This document shows, piece after piece, positions 12,960 to 26,895 of a DNA stretch of 64,000 nt. A program made the translations under genes and the position numbers. A model generated the notes under the pieces. That model saw nothing but the letters and a program-made list of their open reading frames with translations. It had not been told where the DNA came from and did no database searches. How positions within the stretch are numbered: the first letter of the stretch is position 1; each line of letters begins with the position of its first letter. The DNA comes from the human T2T-CHM13v2.0 reference genome, Homo sapiens: the NCBI RefSeq assembly GCF_009914755.1, contig NC_060926.1; one strand, given 5' to 3'.

Positions 12960-14010
12960 TACCACTAACTGGGTTGCCAAAATAAAATCATTGCATGGGT
13001 CTTTAATTTTTAAAGTCAATGTTGATTCATACGCTGTCAATGTCCAGAATGGGGAGAGATTTTTATGTTGTTTTTGGTGATGGTTTGGCTTCCTCATAAA
13101 GAAAGAAAGATTGTCCTGTTCAACAGTTATCATAAGTTGGTCAAGGATAGAAACGACATGCCGGTCATGGTGGACCCATAAATGAAACCAGGAAAGAGAT
13201 TTATTGTGTTCAGTGACAACAATAGGTTCCCAAACAATCTCAGCCAGCTATAACAACATGTTTGTTCTCAAAGGATGAAACTTAATAGGGAAAAGAGTGC
13301 AGCCTGTGTTTGGGTCCAGAAAACCAGTGACTGTGTATGGATGGCAGAGATGTAGCTGAAGGCCAGACATGTGGAGATGACCATGGTTTCCTATAAGCCC
13401 AGTATGAGCCAAGCATGTGAGGAGGCATCCAGACAAGGCAATACCTACTCAATCTGCATTAATCAAGGAAGATTCTTCCAGATAAGAGGAGTGAAGCTCC
13501 ACTATAGCCTAAGCTGGTCAGAAACCATGCCTGGAACATTTTGTGCCATGCTTTCAGAAGGCCATCAGTAAACCATAGGTCACCAAGGTTGGTGAAGGGA
13601 GTCAAAAACCATGATTTACAAAGAATGCTTGAATGAATGTAGAGTCTGGAGAAGAGACTCGATGATAGGAAGTACATATGGGTTGTCTTCAAGTAGGAGA
13701 ACAGCTGTCACGTGGGGAAAAAAAGGAGACATTCTGGGTAAATGGTGGGAAAAAAAATGGGACCCAATAAAAAGGAGTCAGAGAGAGGTAACTTTTAGCT
13801 CAATATAAAAAAAGAATTCTGTAACAATCTGAACCACCATAAAGAAGAGCTTGGTGGTTTGAGAGATGGTAAGCTCTTTGCCACTGAAAGTATTCAGGGA
13901 AAAAAGCACATGAGCATATTTAACGGGGGTGTGAGATCACATAACAGATGGAAAAACTGGACAAATAACTGTTGATATCCTTGACAAATCTGGGTTCTAT
14001 GGGTCTATGT
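12960..14010 (+). mobile_element. L3/CR1 LINE remnant (end of ORF2 plus 3' end)
   Basis: CR1-type motifs in order: ggatgaaacttaatagggaaaag, tatgagccaagcatgtga, gctggtcaga...cctgga, gtctggagaagaga, gtaagctctttgccactgaaagtattc, and a terminal ttctatgggtctatg repeat. Confidence 0.75.
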
Positions 14011-16787
14011 ACATGATCCTAGAGAATGATCCTCTGTCTGTATTCATCTTAATAACTACATTCAATCACAGAATTGCTCTTATGAACAAAATCACCAAGA
14101 AAGAGACTTGTCAAAGACTGCATAATACAAGACCTACCTTGTCACCCTGGCTCATACATGGACACTCAACAAGCATTTATTAAATGAGTGAATTTGCCTT
14201 GTAACACCAAACAAATGAAAGCAAAACACAAAGCTTTATGAATAATGCAGTATTTGGGGTATGTGAATTAAATGCTACTAGCCACAGTTTCTGTCTGCTC
14301 CCTAGACAAGGAGCAGAAATTGGAATATTTTAGTACCCTAGTTACATCTCTTTCTTCACTTTTTTTTTTCTCACTTGATGTCACCTCCCATCCCTGCTTT
14401 AGAAATTCAATTCTAAACCCCTGAATTCCAAACAATCCTTCCCCAACTGAAAACAATTTTCACTCAGCCACTTAACCTTGCTGACTGACAAACTCATCAG
14501 GGCGAATGACTTTTCGTCAATGTGTCACTTAACCAGGCCTATGCGTTTAAAGTCTTTGTCTATAATTAGGACACAAAAGCTCCAGAAAGTAAACTCCGAT
14601 CTCAGCAAGCAGGAGGACGGAGTAGCAGCTTAGGAAAGGTGCTGGGGTTAGCTCTGAATCCTCCCACCAAGTTCCTTAGTGTGGCAGAAAACTTCTAAAT
14701 AGTGGAAACTACAGCTGCTGAGGTACTATGTAAAGTAAATAAATTCAGCTCATGAAATAATGAACCATAACTACAATTCTCCTTGCTTTTCTACAGTTAA
14801 AAGAAATCACATAATTTCTTTCAAGAGAGAAAATAAAAACTAAGATAATCCATGAGAGCCATCGCTCAACAAAAACCTACTATGCATGCCAGTAAACTGG
14901 GCTTTTCTCTCCAAGTTGTTGGGTTTTTTTTGGTGGGGGGTGGGCGGGGGGTGAGCGGGTGGTGGCGGTTGTCATGTGTATGCGTGTGTGCATGCGCTTG
15001 TGTGCGTGCACACGTGAGTCTGTGTCTTTGTGACTCAAACCTTTGAGGTTAGGAGTGAGCATAGAAGAACATGGAGCTTCTGAAGGTCAAGCTAATTCTG
15101 TCCTTTGCATGGGGCTCAGAATGGATTTTCCCACCTCCTTCCACTTCCCTGGGTAGGGTGGGCCAGTGTTCCTGCAGCTTATGGCTGTTGGAAGCCTCTT
15201 TCCAGGAGATGTTGGGGGCTTCCATGTGTGCCTGTTTGATGCCTCCTGGCTCACTCTCACTCTGGCCTTTCTCTCTGTTCCCCTCTTTGTGCTTCACAGG
15301 CCTCTGCTCTGCAAACCCTCCAGCCATTTCTCCTTTCCTTTTCTTTACATGTTGAGCTCCTCCCTCTCCCAATTTGAACCAATCTCCTTCCCTTCCTTAT
15401 CTTTGACCCTTGAGATTCAGATGTGTTTTACATTTCCAGCTCATTTGTTGCTAGCTTAACTAATTTATTTTTATAACTCCCTCTTTCTGACATCCTAAAT
15501 GCCTCCATGTGTCTCTATATTACTTCTACCTCTGCTAACAGTTTCTGGTATCAAAGAGGATATTGCAGCACATGGTCTGCAATTAGTTGAGGTTTTACTC
15601 TATTAATACCAGCCCCATCCTTGGCCCTTCCAGGGTTTCATGCATCCAGGAGAAAGAAATAAAGCTGCAGGGCATTTCACAAACAGCATCTTGTAAATTC
15701 AAAGCATTAACGCCACAGCACATCTGATCTTAACAGCCCCTGCTCCTTGCCACAGGGGAACGACTTCTTTAAAGCAAGAGTCGTCCTTTCCAGGCACACA
15801 GAAGCCCAGGGGTAGGCAAGTTCGTGCCAGGTCTGGTGACTGTGGAGATTTAGTCTTTGGTTTCATGATAAACTCTGCTTCATGTCCTCAGCTGCCTTAC
15901 CCTAATGATCCTTTATGCCACCGCCTTGAGAAGGAGGAAGACATGAGCTGAAATGAAAACATCAAGTAGAGAAAAGACTCCACAACAGCCCTCCCAGCTG
16001 TGAGGTGGGCTGGTGATGTGTGCTGTTGACCTGCATACTTAAATCTAATAACACAAACGGATGCCTGGAGCTTGTACCAGAGCAAAGAGGAGAAAATTAT
16101 GTGAAACGCTGGACATTGGAAATGGGAGGGGGAGGATGCAGACTGAGGCCTCATCTAGGCAGGTGGTCCTTGCAATCTGAGCAAAGGGTTCTCTTTGATC
16201 ATGATCTTTGGATGACCGGATTTTAGGAGCCAAGGCCACCTGTGAAGTCACTGACAGAGAACAAATAGCTGAAGAAGCAGGAGGAAAATATGTTTCAGTG
16301 AAAGTGCACTCACATCCAGCCACCCCACCAGGCCCCACTTCCCAAGAGACACAGTTCCTGTCTGGCCACATGGCCTTCACAGAGACATGGTTTGCCACGA
16401 CAAAAACATGTCACTACCGAGGACTGAGGCAACTGCCTTCCAGGGACTCTATTGAGACTCAGAACTATGCTCTCCAAAACAGAGAGACTTCTTTAGAGCT
16501 TCGAGAACTCCCTTCTATTGACTCAAACGGTCAACCTCTTGATGTCCTACCTGTTTTCCCCAAACTTAATTCAGCTGCTGTGGGGTCGTACAGGCTGATA
16601 TATTTTTTTAAGTGGCCTTTGGATTTGTAACCCTGTCTGAGTCCCTTACTCCAACATGAACCTGAGAGAGGAGGCTCTGGTCTCAAGTTCTTACTGCAAG
16701 GAAAACTCAGGAGGCCAGGTAAACCACTGCAGCTCCAGACACACCTGTCCTGGAAAGAGGTAGGGATGAATAAGATGGGACAGGTAT

Positions 16788-17299
<512 letters not shown>

Positions 17300-18029
17300 T
17301 TATTAACAAAAGGTAGAGAAAAGCTGCTGAAACTGTACATCACCAGGAGGCATAGTTCTAATACTGGTTCTAGGGTCCAAACAGAGATGGGGAAATCTCC
17401 TGTTTTTATTTCTAGTAGTGAGAAAGTGAGTCTTCAGTGACATTTACGCATGTGCGGGAATGGGGAGAGACCATTACACACAGAGACCGTTTGATAGAGA
17501 AACATCTATAGAGATGGAACTAGAATAGCAACAGTGGTGTTTTAAAGTGCTGATAATTGTAATGCTCTTTAATTTCTAATGTTCTTCTGTGCATTATTTT
17601 TATAGCTTCTTTATTTTTACAGCTGCCCCTATATTGAAGAAACAAAAACAAATAAACACAAATCTATTTCCCTTAGAAATTTAATTCTAAACCTGAACAA
17701 CTGACTCGAATTTTCTGCCAATCCTCTTGGAAACTGGCCAGGGGACATCCTTCCAAGGCAAGTGTAGTCCCCCAGAATATTGGCACTCTGGAAACAGTCC
17801 ACATGACTGTCAAATTAGTTCAATTTTCCCGGTAGCCATAAAGAGGATCAGTGCCCCAGTACCAGAAACAGTGGTGTTCAGAGCCAAACCATTCATTTCT
17901 CTATTTCTGCCTCCCTTACTCCATCTGAGACTTTGAATTATTAAGCTTGGGCTCCATGAGTAATGAGACTGGTCAGCTATTTGCAAGAAATTTGTGTAGC
18001 CAATTCAGCCAGAATTAATGATACTAGCT

Positions 18030-18140
18030 ACTACTACTATTACTAACATTAATTGAGCTCTTACCTTGTGCCAGGCACTATTCAAACTACTTTCATGCAC
18101 TAACTCGGGTAATCCTCATAACGGTTTATAAAGAAGGATA
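18030..18140 (-). mobile_element. MIR fragment
   Basis: actaacattaattgagctcttaccttgtgccaggcactatt...taatcctcataac. Confidence 0.75.
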
Positions 18141-18321
18141 CATCTTTCTCCTGCTGATATCTTTGCTCTATGACTTTTTAAGTTTGGATGGAAATAGTCC
18201 ATGGTAACTAATATTGAATATTTTCTGAGAGTATAGTTCCTTATGAAACATATCATATGTGATCAGCTTTCTTTCTCTATTTTTTTCATTTGGGAATTGC
18301 AGAACACCCCTATTATGTTGG

Positions 18322-18983
18322 TGTTGGGACTCAGAAAATGATAACCCAAAGTGAAAGCCTCAGAAGCAGCTTCAGAAGCCAAAGTTTTTCCCTGACCTTT
18401 TCCTGCTCTCCTGTCTCAGTCCAATTCTCCCCCATCCCAGGCCAGCCAGAAAAAGTAGAACCCCCAGAACCCCTTTTCCCCAAGGGATGCCATAGAAAAC
18501 AGAACGCCTCTTTCCCCAATGCCAGCCATAAAAGCTAAAAATATTACTGTAATCCCCTCTTCCACCTTTCTGAGTAAAAACTAGCCATAAAGAAATTATC
18601 TGATCTACCTTGCTTGACTGTAGGTCATAAGACCCCCATTCCGGAGAGGGTTCTGCCCCATACCCAGAAGAAAGGAATGAATACTCACACAGGCCAAGAA
18701 GAATCTACACAGGCAGGCCTTGCTGGGTTTCCCCACTTAGTCTGTTAGCATTAGATCAGACCCTTGCCGTCCAATCCTATCTCCATATGACTATTCATAT
18801 TTTGTTGAGCCTAAGCATAAAAATAGACAACCTCTCCTGTGTCTTTGGGTCTTCATTCTGAAGGCTCCCATGTGCACATTAAAAATAAATTGGTATGCTT
18901 TTTCTCCTATTAATCTGCCTCTTGTCAGTGATTTTCAACAAACCTTTAGAGGGAGAAGGGGAAGTTTTCCTTGGGCCCCTACG
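18322..18983 (+). mobile_element. MER39B-like solo LTR (ERV1)
   Basis: tgttgggactcagaaaatgataacccaaagtgaaagcctcagaagcag...gaagttttccttgggcccctacg; TATA-like cataaaa and AATAAA are present; TSD TTGG (18318-18321 / 18984-18987). Confidence 0.88.
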
Positions 18984-19009
18984 TTGGAAAATGAAGAGTC
19001 TGATATGAA

Positions 19010-19140
19010 TTGATCTTTTACTATATGCCAGATACAGTGATAACAACTTCCATATACAACATCTCATTGAATTCTCACAATAATTTTGCAAAACAGATAT
19101 TCTTATGCTCATTTTACAGATAAAGAAACAGGGGTCCAGA
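19010..19140 (-). mobile_element. MIR fragment
   Basis: atctcattgaattctcacaataat...ctcattttacagataaagaaacagggg. Confidence 0.75.
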
Positions 19141-19543
19141 ATTTCAAACCTCGTGCTTTTCCCCCCCATGATACTATTTTTGCTTCATACTTTTGAGCAG
19201 TGTCAAATCCTGCCAGATCACTTCCCCTTTGCCCAGACCTGCTTTGGCTCTTACCTGTACTTTTCTCCCTCTTAGTCTCCACGGCCAAAGTGATCAATAG
19301 AAATGACAGGATTAAATTCACAAAGATATGAAACCATTTCAATGCCTTTTCTCTACTTCCAGCCTTAGAGAGGTATGATAGCCTGGTATGACAGGAGACA
19401 GCTGATCACATGTGCCCTCAATCAGGTCAATGTCATGCAATAGCAGCACAACTTGCCAGGTGGAATGACTAGTCGTTATATTACCTACTGCAGACCTGTT
19501 TGAGCCAAGTGATATGGCTTGTGAAAGGCAGTTTTCCCAACTA

Positions 19544-20182
<639 letters not shown>

Positions 20183-20640
20183 TACATAAGAAAATCACAC
20201 TGGCTTTTCATGTGATATGGCTTGTAGTATAGGATCATGTAAGCCCTCAATTTGAGCTTCCTGTGACCTGGCAGTTCCTTTCCCTGAACATGCAGAATCC
20301 ACCACCTTTGATGTATCTCCTGTGAGGAACTGAAAAGACTCTAGCAGCTGTGCTCACTGATCAGACCCTGTCTGATATCATGGTATCTGCCAACCCGTAT
20401 CGGTTTAACTATAGATGCATGCTTAGTTAGCTGGAAATGGATCCTCGAAGGCCTTGACAACGAACTGTAATGTTTATACGACACAGCCTATGCTTGAGTG
20501 CTTTTCTCCCCCTGCAAAACCCCAAATCTCATTTTTGTAAGACAACTTAAGACTGTTAATCATCCAAGGCTAAAGTAATCATTATTACCACCCCCACATC
20601 TGAATGTTACCTAACAGTTTTCAGAACAATTCCATTCACT

Positions 20641-21052
20641 GTGATAAATTATAATATTGTATTTGTTCAAAATTCTTTCTTTCCTCCCGCCCATGCCCTT
20701 CTCTGTGGGCTGAAGATGCTTTACTTCCCTGTTGACACTGGTCTTGGCCAAGGGACTTGCACTGACCAGTCAAATGTTAGCCTCAAGCTCAGACTTCAAC
20801 AGTCATATCAAGTTTCCACTTGCTCTTTTCCACTGCAGTCAAAAGCCATGAGAAGAACATAAACGAAATAGCCATTCCATGTTAAGCCTGGGTCATGGAA
20901 TGAGAGACACCTAAGCCCACTTGAACCTAAGCCCAGCCAAACTCAGCTGAGCCACAGCTAATCAAGAAACCCATGAAGGAAAAATATACGTTGTTGCAAA
21001 TCATGAAAATTTTGAGATTGTTATGCATTATTGTGGCAAAATCTGATTATAG
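20641..21052 (+). mobile_element. Old MaLR LTR (MLT1I-like)
   Basis: cttggccaagggacttgc...gccatgagaagaacat...agcctgggtcatggaatgagagacac...ttttgagattgttatgcattattgtggcaaaatctga. Confidence 0.7.
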
Positions 21053-21059
21053 ATTTGTA

Positions 21060-21270
21060 TATGTTTGTATAATTTCTTGTTTTCTCAAAACAGCTCTGCA
21101 AATGGGTAGGAAAAGAACCTTTGTTCCCATTTTACAGTGGAAGCAACTGAAGCTTAGAAAGGATTTGAGAACCATCTAACGTCATGAAATTAGTAATTTG
21201 GGGAGGCTATCATTAAACCCAGATGTCCTGATGCCAAGAGTAGTGCTCTTTCTTCTTCATACACTGCCTC
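21060..21270 (-). mobile_element. MIR SINE
   Basis: tcccattttacagtggaagcaactgaagcttagaaagg...aaacccagatgtcctgatgccaagag. Confidence 0.75.
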
Positions 21271-22803
21271 AATAATGTCCCTCTCCATGGGAAGGCTCTA
21301 ACCCATCAATAACCATTTTCTTTTCCAGTCTTCCACTTAACTAAGCACATAACTAATAGCCATGCAGTCATGAGGTAGGAAGATTCTCTGATATAAAAAT
21401 GAAGATTCAATTTGTGTAAAATTTTATAGGAAAACATGCTGTATGAATGTTATAAATTATTGAATATTTCCCATCTCAATTGTTTCTCACAGTGCACTGC
21501 ATTTTTCTTCATTTTCTTTTGTAGTTGTTGTTAAAAATGGAAGGATTAGCTTTTCAAATGCCACCTGGGAAACTCCATGCCTGGTCCTTTTCTTAAATCG
21601 GTTCACTGGACAACTGCATCTCCCTGCTGGGTGCTGGGCAACATAACAAGGGGTTTGCGGGCTATAGAAGCTGCACTCACTCCTTAGCAAAAACCAGGCT
21701 AGTGACCAAGTGGCCTGAGTCCAGATGTCCAACTGACCATGTTAAATAGCCACCCAGGCAGGGAGCATGTAAACACAATGCCATTTCCTCAAGATATATC
21801 TTATTATTATAGTTATTGACATGTATTAAGCACAGAATTCCCAAATGCTAAATGCATGTTAATAACAGACTATCCCCACACGTGTGATTCAATTTGGCAT
21901 GTACCCTGTTTCTCTTTCTCTACTATTTCATCCACAGGGGCTCTCTAGGTCTGCTGACTCTGACTTCAGCCCCGGTGGTAGTGATGAAGAATGACTTAAC
22001 AAGGACTCTACTTTGGAACAGAATTAAAGATGGAAGACCCAATATTTATACCTGTAGGTGATGGTGAACTGGGGTCACAAACACTTTGGGAAGTAGGATC
22101 AGAAATCCATTTGGGAAATAGGATCAGAAATCCAAGTGAGTTAAAGTGACTAGACCCAAATGAAATGAAATGCAGCAAGGGAAGTGTCTCAAAGTCTGGG
22201 CAGCAGGCAAGGAGGCAAGTAAAATGGCAAAGGCTAGAGCAAAAGGCATGAAATGGGCACGATGGATACCAAGGAGGACCAAGCCAGTGATATTGACCTG
22301 CAGAGCAAGGAGCATAGGCCCTGAGAATTCTGTCCTCCTCTACTGACAACCTCTGACCAAAATACCATGATCACAACCAAAGAGTTCCTTTTTAAAAATT
22401 TAACAAATATTTACTGAACTCTTTATCCATACCAAGCTCAGTGCTGGGCAATGTTTGCATAGAATTGTGGCCAAGTAGACAATATATTTGCTTAATTGCT
22501 TAATTGGATGATACAATGTAGTGGAGAGCTTTCTCACAAAAGCATCAATATAATCAAGTATTAAAAATACCTTTTAAGAAATATGAACATGAACTGTCTG
22601 ATTCATGAAGTGATATAAAACCTAAATTTATGAAGGACTGGGTTCAGAACAAGAAAAAAATGGGCTTCACAAAGAGCAAGAGAGATTTAGTTTCCTGGTG
22701 ACAAATACTTTAAGGCTGGAAAAGGTTACTGAAGAGGTTGTATCATTACCTTCTAAAAATTAGAACTAGCCTCATCTGTTTAGTATGGTATTAGAAGACA
22801 ATC

Positions 22804-23103
22804 TTTTTTTTTTTTTGAGACAGGGTCTTGATCTATTGCCTAGGCTGGAGTGTAGTGGCACAATCACAGCTCACTGCTACCTTGACTTCCTGGGCTCAAG
22901 CAATCCCCCCACCTCAGCCTCCTGAGTAGCTGGGACTACAGGTGTGTGCCACCATGCCCAGCTAATTTATTTTTGTATTTTTTGTAGATATGGGATTTCC
23001 CCATATTGCCCAGGCTGGTCTCAAACTTTTGGGCTCAAATGATCTGCTTTGCCTTGGCCTCCCAGAGTACTGGAATTACAGGCATGAGCCACTGTGTCCG
23101 GCT
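22804..23103 (-). mobile_element. AluJ
   Basis: gagacagggtcttg...aatcacagctcactgc...cctgggctcaagcaatcc...ctttgggctcaaatgatc (J-type diagnostics). Confidence 0.93.
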
Positions 23104-23104
23104 A

Positions 23105-23282
23105 CGCTTGTCATATCTTAGCATGCATCAGAATCACCTGGAAGGATTTGTTGAGGCACAGACTGCTGGACCTCATCTTTAGATTCAATTTCAGATTCAA
23201 TAGGATGAGGGTTGGGCCTGAGAATCTGCATTTCTAGTAAGTTCCCAGATGATGCTGATCACATTTTAAGAGACATCAGTTT
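23105..23282. mobile_element. MER5A hAT-Charlie MITE
   Basis: gcatgcatcagaatcacctggaagg...gggcctgagaatctgcatttctagtaagttcccagatgatgctgat. Confidence 0.88.
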
Positions 23283-23287
23283 GAAAT

Positions 23288-23600
23288 TGTGTTTCCTAAA
23301 TCTCCCTATTGATGAGAATCACTTACAAATGTAGAGTTGGGTCTCTCTTCTTTTATCTCTGCTCCAAAGTGGCGTCCTTTGAGTTCCTTGGCTTTTATCC
23401 CTGCTTTGGAGTTGAAGCCAGGTCTAGCAGCCCCATAGAAGTCATGTGGACAGAATGACAGGGAGAAGCTGCGTACACATCCAATTTCCTCGGCCTATCC
23501 TCTGGATATTTGTATGCCGTAGAACTAGGGTGGGGTCCAGAAGCCTCCATTACGTAAATATTTCAAGAGATGCTCATGATCAGGTAAGCCTGGGAATCAG
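23288..23600. mobile_element. MER117/MER5-like hAT MITE with an unrelated ~150-bp insert
   Basis: The ends tgtttcctaaa...gatgagaatcac and atgatcaggtaagcctgggaatc resemble the inverted arms of this family. Confidence 0.45.
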
Positions 23601-24228
23601 GGGTAGATAAACTCTGCAGTTCCCTTCCATGAATTTCTGAAGACTGGCAGGTTTCGCTGTCCTTTGCAATGTAGTGTAGTAAGTAAAAAGATAGCCTTGA
23701 AGTCAGAGATCTAGTCAGTATTTAACATTCCTACGCTTTGTGATTGTGAGCAAATCTCTCTAAGCATCAGGGTTAGCTGTAAAATGCAGTGTTATATGTA
23801 AAATAAGCCTAATCATAATTCCGTCAGCACCCACTGTGCGCCAGGTGGTTACTGAGGTAGGACAGGCACGGCCCCACCCTCACAGAGCACACAGTCTAAG
23901 CAAGCAGAACAGGAAATAAGTGACAGCAGTGACATGTGATGAGGTGTCCCAGCCAGTTTGTGGGGTTGCTGTGAGGTAAGAGGAGATCATGTGGAAACAC
24001 TAGAATTATAAAACACAGCAGGTATACAAGCATTTACTTCACCACCATCATCCTTATTTTAGCAAGAAAGAGGGCTCTGTTAATGGTCATGGAGAAACAG
24101 AAATTAGGGACCAGAAAATGGATGTCCCAACTGGGAAATATTGACAGAATAAATAAAAAGGGGAGGAGAATAGGGAGAGTCTAGCATTATAGAAGCCAGG
24201 AGAGGACAGAGATTTTGAAAGAGGATGA

Positions 24229-24911
<683 letters not shown>

Positions 24912-25273
24912 TGAGAAAAAGTATTTAGAAGGCTGAGTTGGGCAATTGGTGATTTGAGAGATGCAGGCAGATGGCAAAACAAAACAGGTTATTTTCCATC
25001 AGTTTTATTGAGTAGGACACTGAACAACAGAGTGATACCCCCAGGTAAGTCATTTGCAGAAATCAGATCAAAATGCTCTGTCTTTCTAAAGGTCAAAGTT
25101 ATATCATCGCAAATTAGAGAGTCCCAGTTGCTTGCTGCAGTCTCCACCTCTGGCACTGATGCCAGCCTGGGGAAGTCCTGGGCACCACACAGGCAAAATG
25201 ACTCTCTTTGTAGAGGTGGCTCCTTTCAGGTTAGGGTGGCGCTATTTAACGCATAGGTAGGTGGCCTGGCACT

Positions 25274-25288
25274 CTTTGTTATGCATCT
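25274..25288 (+). promoter_or_regulatory. SOX-OCT composite motif
   Basis: CTTTGTT-ATGCATCT with zero spacing, in non-repetitive sequence. Confidence 0.5.
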
Positions 25289-26067
25289 GTAAGATACTTT
25301 GGGGTTTAGGAAGCTGGCGCACTATAAATTGTTATATCATTAATAATAAATTGTGCTCTGCAAGAAACCTGCGTTGCAGACATGAGCGCTACAGTGTTAA
25401 GACAGCTCTACTACAGGGTGAATTTCACAGACAGTAGTAAAAGGGGTCAATTCACCTGGGTGGGAAGGAAGAGCTCAATATCTAACATATGTTGGGACTG
25501 ATGTTTCAAAATGTATATTTTTAAAATGTGGAGGGAAAAAATCTGCCTCTAGGCTGGCTCTTTTTATTCTACTGGGCTGCTTTGTAAACCCGAGGCATAA
25601 GTCCTGAAAAAGTCTGACGCCAACAAAATGTAGATTAACTGCAGGAACAGATGCGAGGCCACAGCGGCAGATCAAAGCCAGGCTGCTGAGGGAGCCGCTC
25701 AGCCCACTGTGATGGGGCATTACCATAATGAATTTTGTGAGTAAGCAGCTCACTTTAAAATCGTTCCTTTTGATCTGTTAAGAAGGTGTTTACTGTAATC
25801 AGGAAAAGGTTTACTTGGCAGGGGAAAAGAAAGAAAGAAAGAGGAAGCAAGAGAGACAGTTTTCGATCTGGTTTTAAAGAATTTTCTTTGCTCTCTCTGG
25901 TGTCTAGACCCTCTTCCTAGATCCTTTCCTTCTCTGATTTCCTTAACCTTCTTAGAAAAGAAAACTTAATTTTAACTTAAGTAGATGAGAGTTTAATGTG
26001 TGAGGGGGAGGAGCAGGTGAGAAATGGATAAACTCAAAGGTGTCTTGCCTTAAAAAGTAAATTATGA

Positions 26068-26362
26068 GGCTGGGCACAGTCACGCCTGTGATCCCAGCAC
26101 TTTGGGAGGCCGAGGCAGGTGGATCACGAGGTCAGGAGTTCAAGACCAGCCTGGGCAAGATGACGAAACCCCGTCTCTACTAAAAATACAAAAAAATTAG
26201 CCAGGTGTGGTGGCGGGCACCTGTAATCCCAGCTACTTGGGAGGCTGAGGCAGAGAATTGCTTGAACCCGGGAGACAGAGGCTGCAGTGAGCTGAGATGG
26301 TGCCACTGCACTGCAGCCTGGGTGACAGAGCGAGACTCCATTTCAAAAAAAAAAAAAAAAAA
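26068..26362 (+). mobile_element. AluS (AluSg-like)
   Basis: ggatcacgaggtcaggagttcaagaccagcc; poly(A) tail; TSD approximately aa(a/g)agt(a/g)aattatg. Confidence 0.95.
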
Positions 26363-26895
26363 GAGTGAATTATGGTTTCAAACCGAAAGAAACTACACAA
26401 GTCAGAATTGCTAAAATAAGGTAAAAGAATAGATTAAGTGTTTTAAGAAAAAGGCAAATCTCTGCTCTGTTAATATAAGGCTTCCTTCCTCTTAGGCATT
26501 TCTGGGCATTGCTAGGAATGTGTCAGTGAAAGAACGGTTTTTCAGACTGCTCTCTTCCACCATGGATTGCTCTTCCCATATCATCTCAGACAGAGGCAAA
26601 GTCCCCGAAAAGCTGAATGTTCCTTCTCCTGGGGAGAGAGTGCAAGTTTCTCCAGTCTACTAAATCTGAATGTGTATATAATCCTTTTGTAATGTGGAGG
26701 AATGTAATTAAGACCCACTCTGTCAGACAGCTGGATAAAGTTTTTCTCTTTCCTTCCTCTTCTCTCTCTTTTTCCTCCCTCACCCCTCTTTCCTTCCCTC
26801 TCCCTTTCACTATCTTCAGGGACCTTAAGAAAAGTGGCTTTAGCAATAGTCAATTTGTCGCCAAACTGTACATCACCCAATGTGACATTAGCCAT

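Noticed and set aside
16208-16630. 140-aa ORF in unique sequence
   Set aside because: It has no ATG start, no recognisable domain and no convincing splice context. It is within chance expectation for 64 kb.
20335-20440. Faint resemblance to 5S rRNA or a 5S-derived SINE (gtctgatatc)
   Set aside because: Only about 10 nt match, with no internal control region or colinear continuation.
25224-25245. CTCF-like ggtggcgcta
   Set aside because: The 5' half lacks the CC..AG core of the motif.
25644-25745. Possible exon (tgcag|...|gtgagt)
   Set aside because: There is no polypyrimidine tract, and the open frame gives an unrecognisable peptide.
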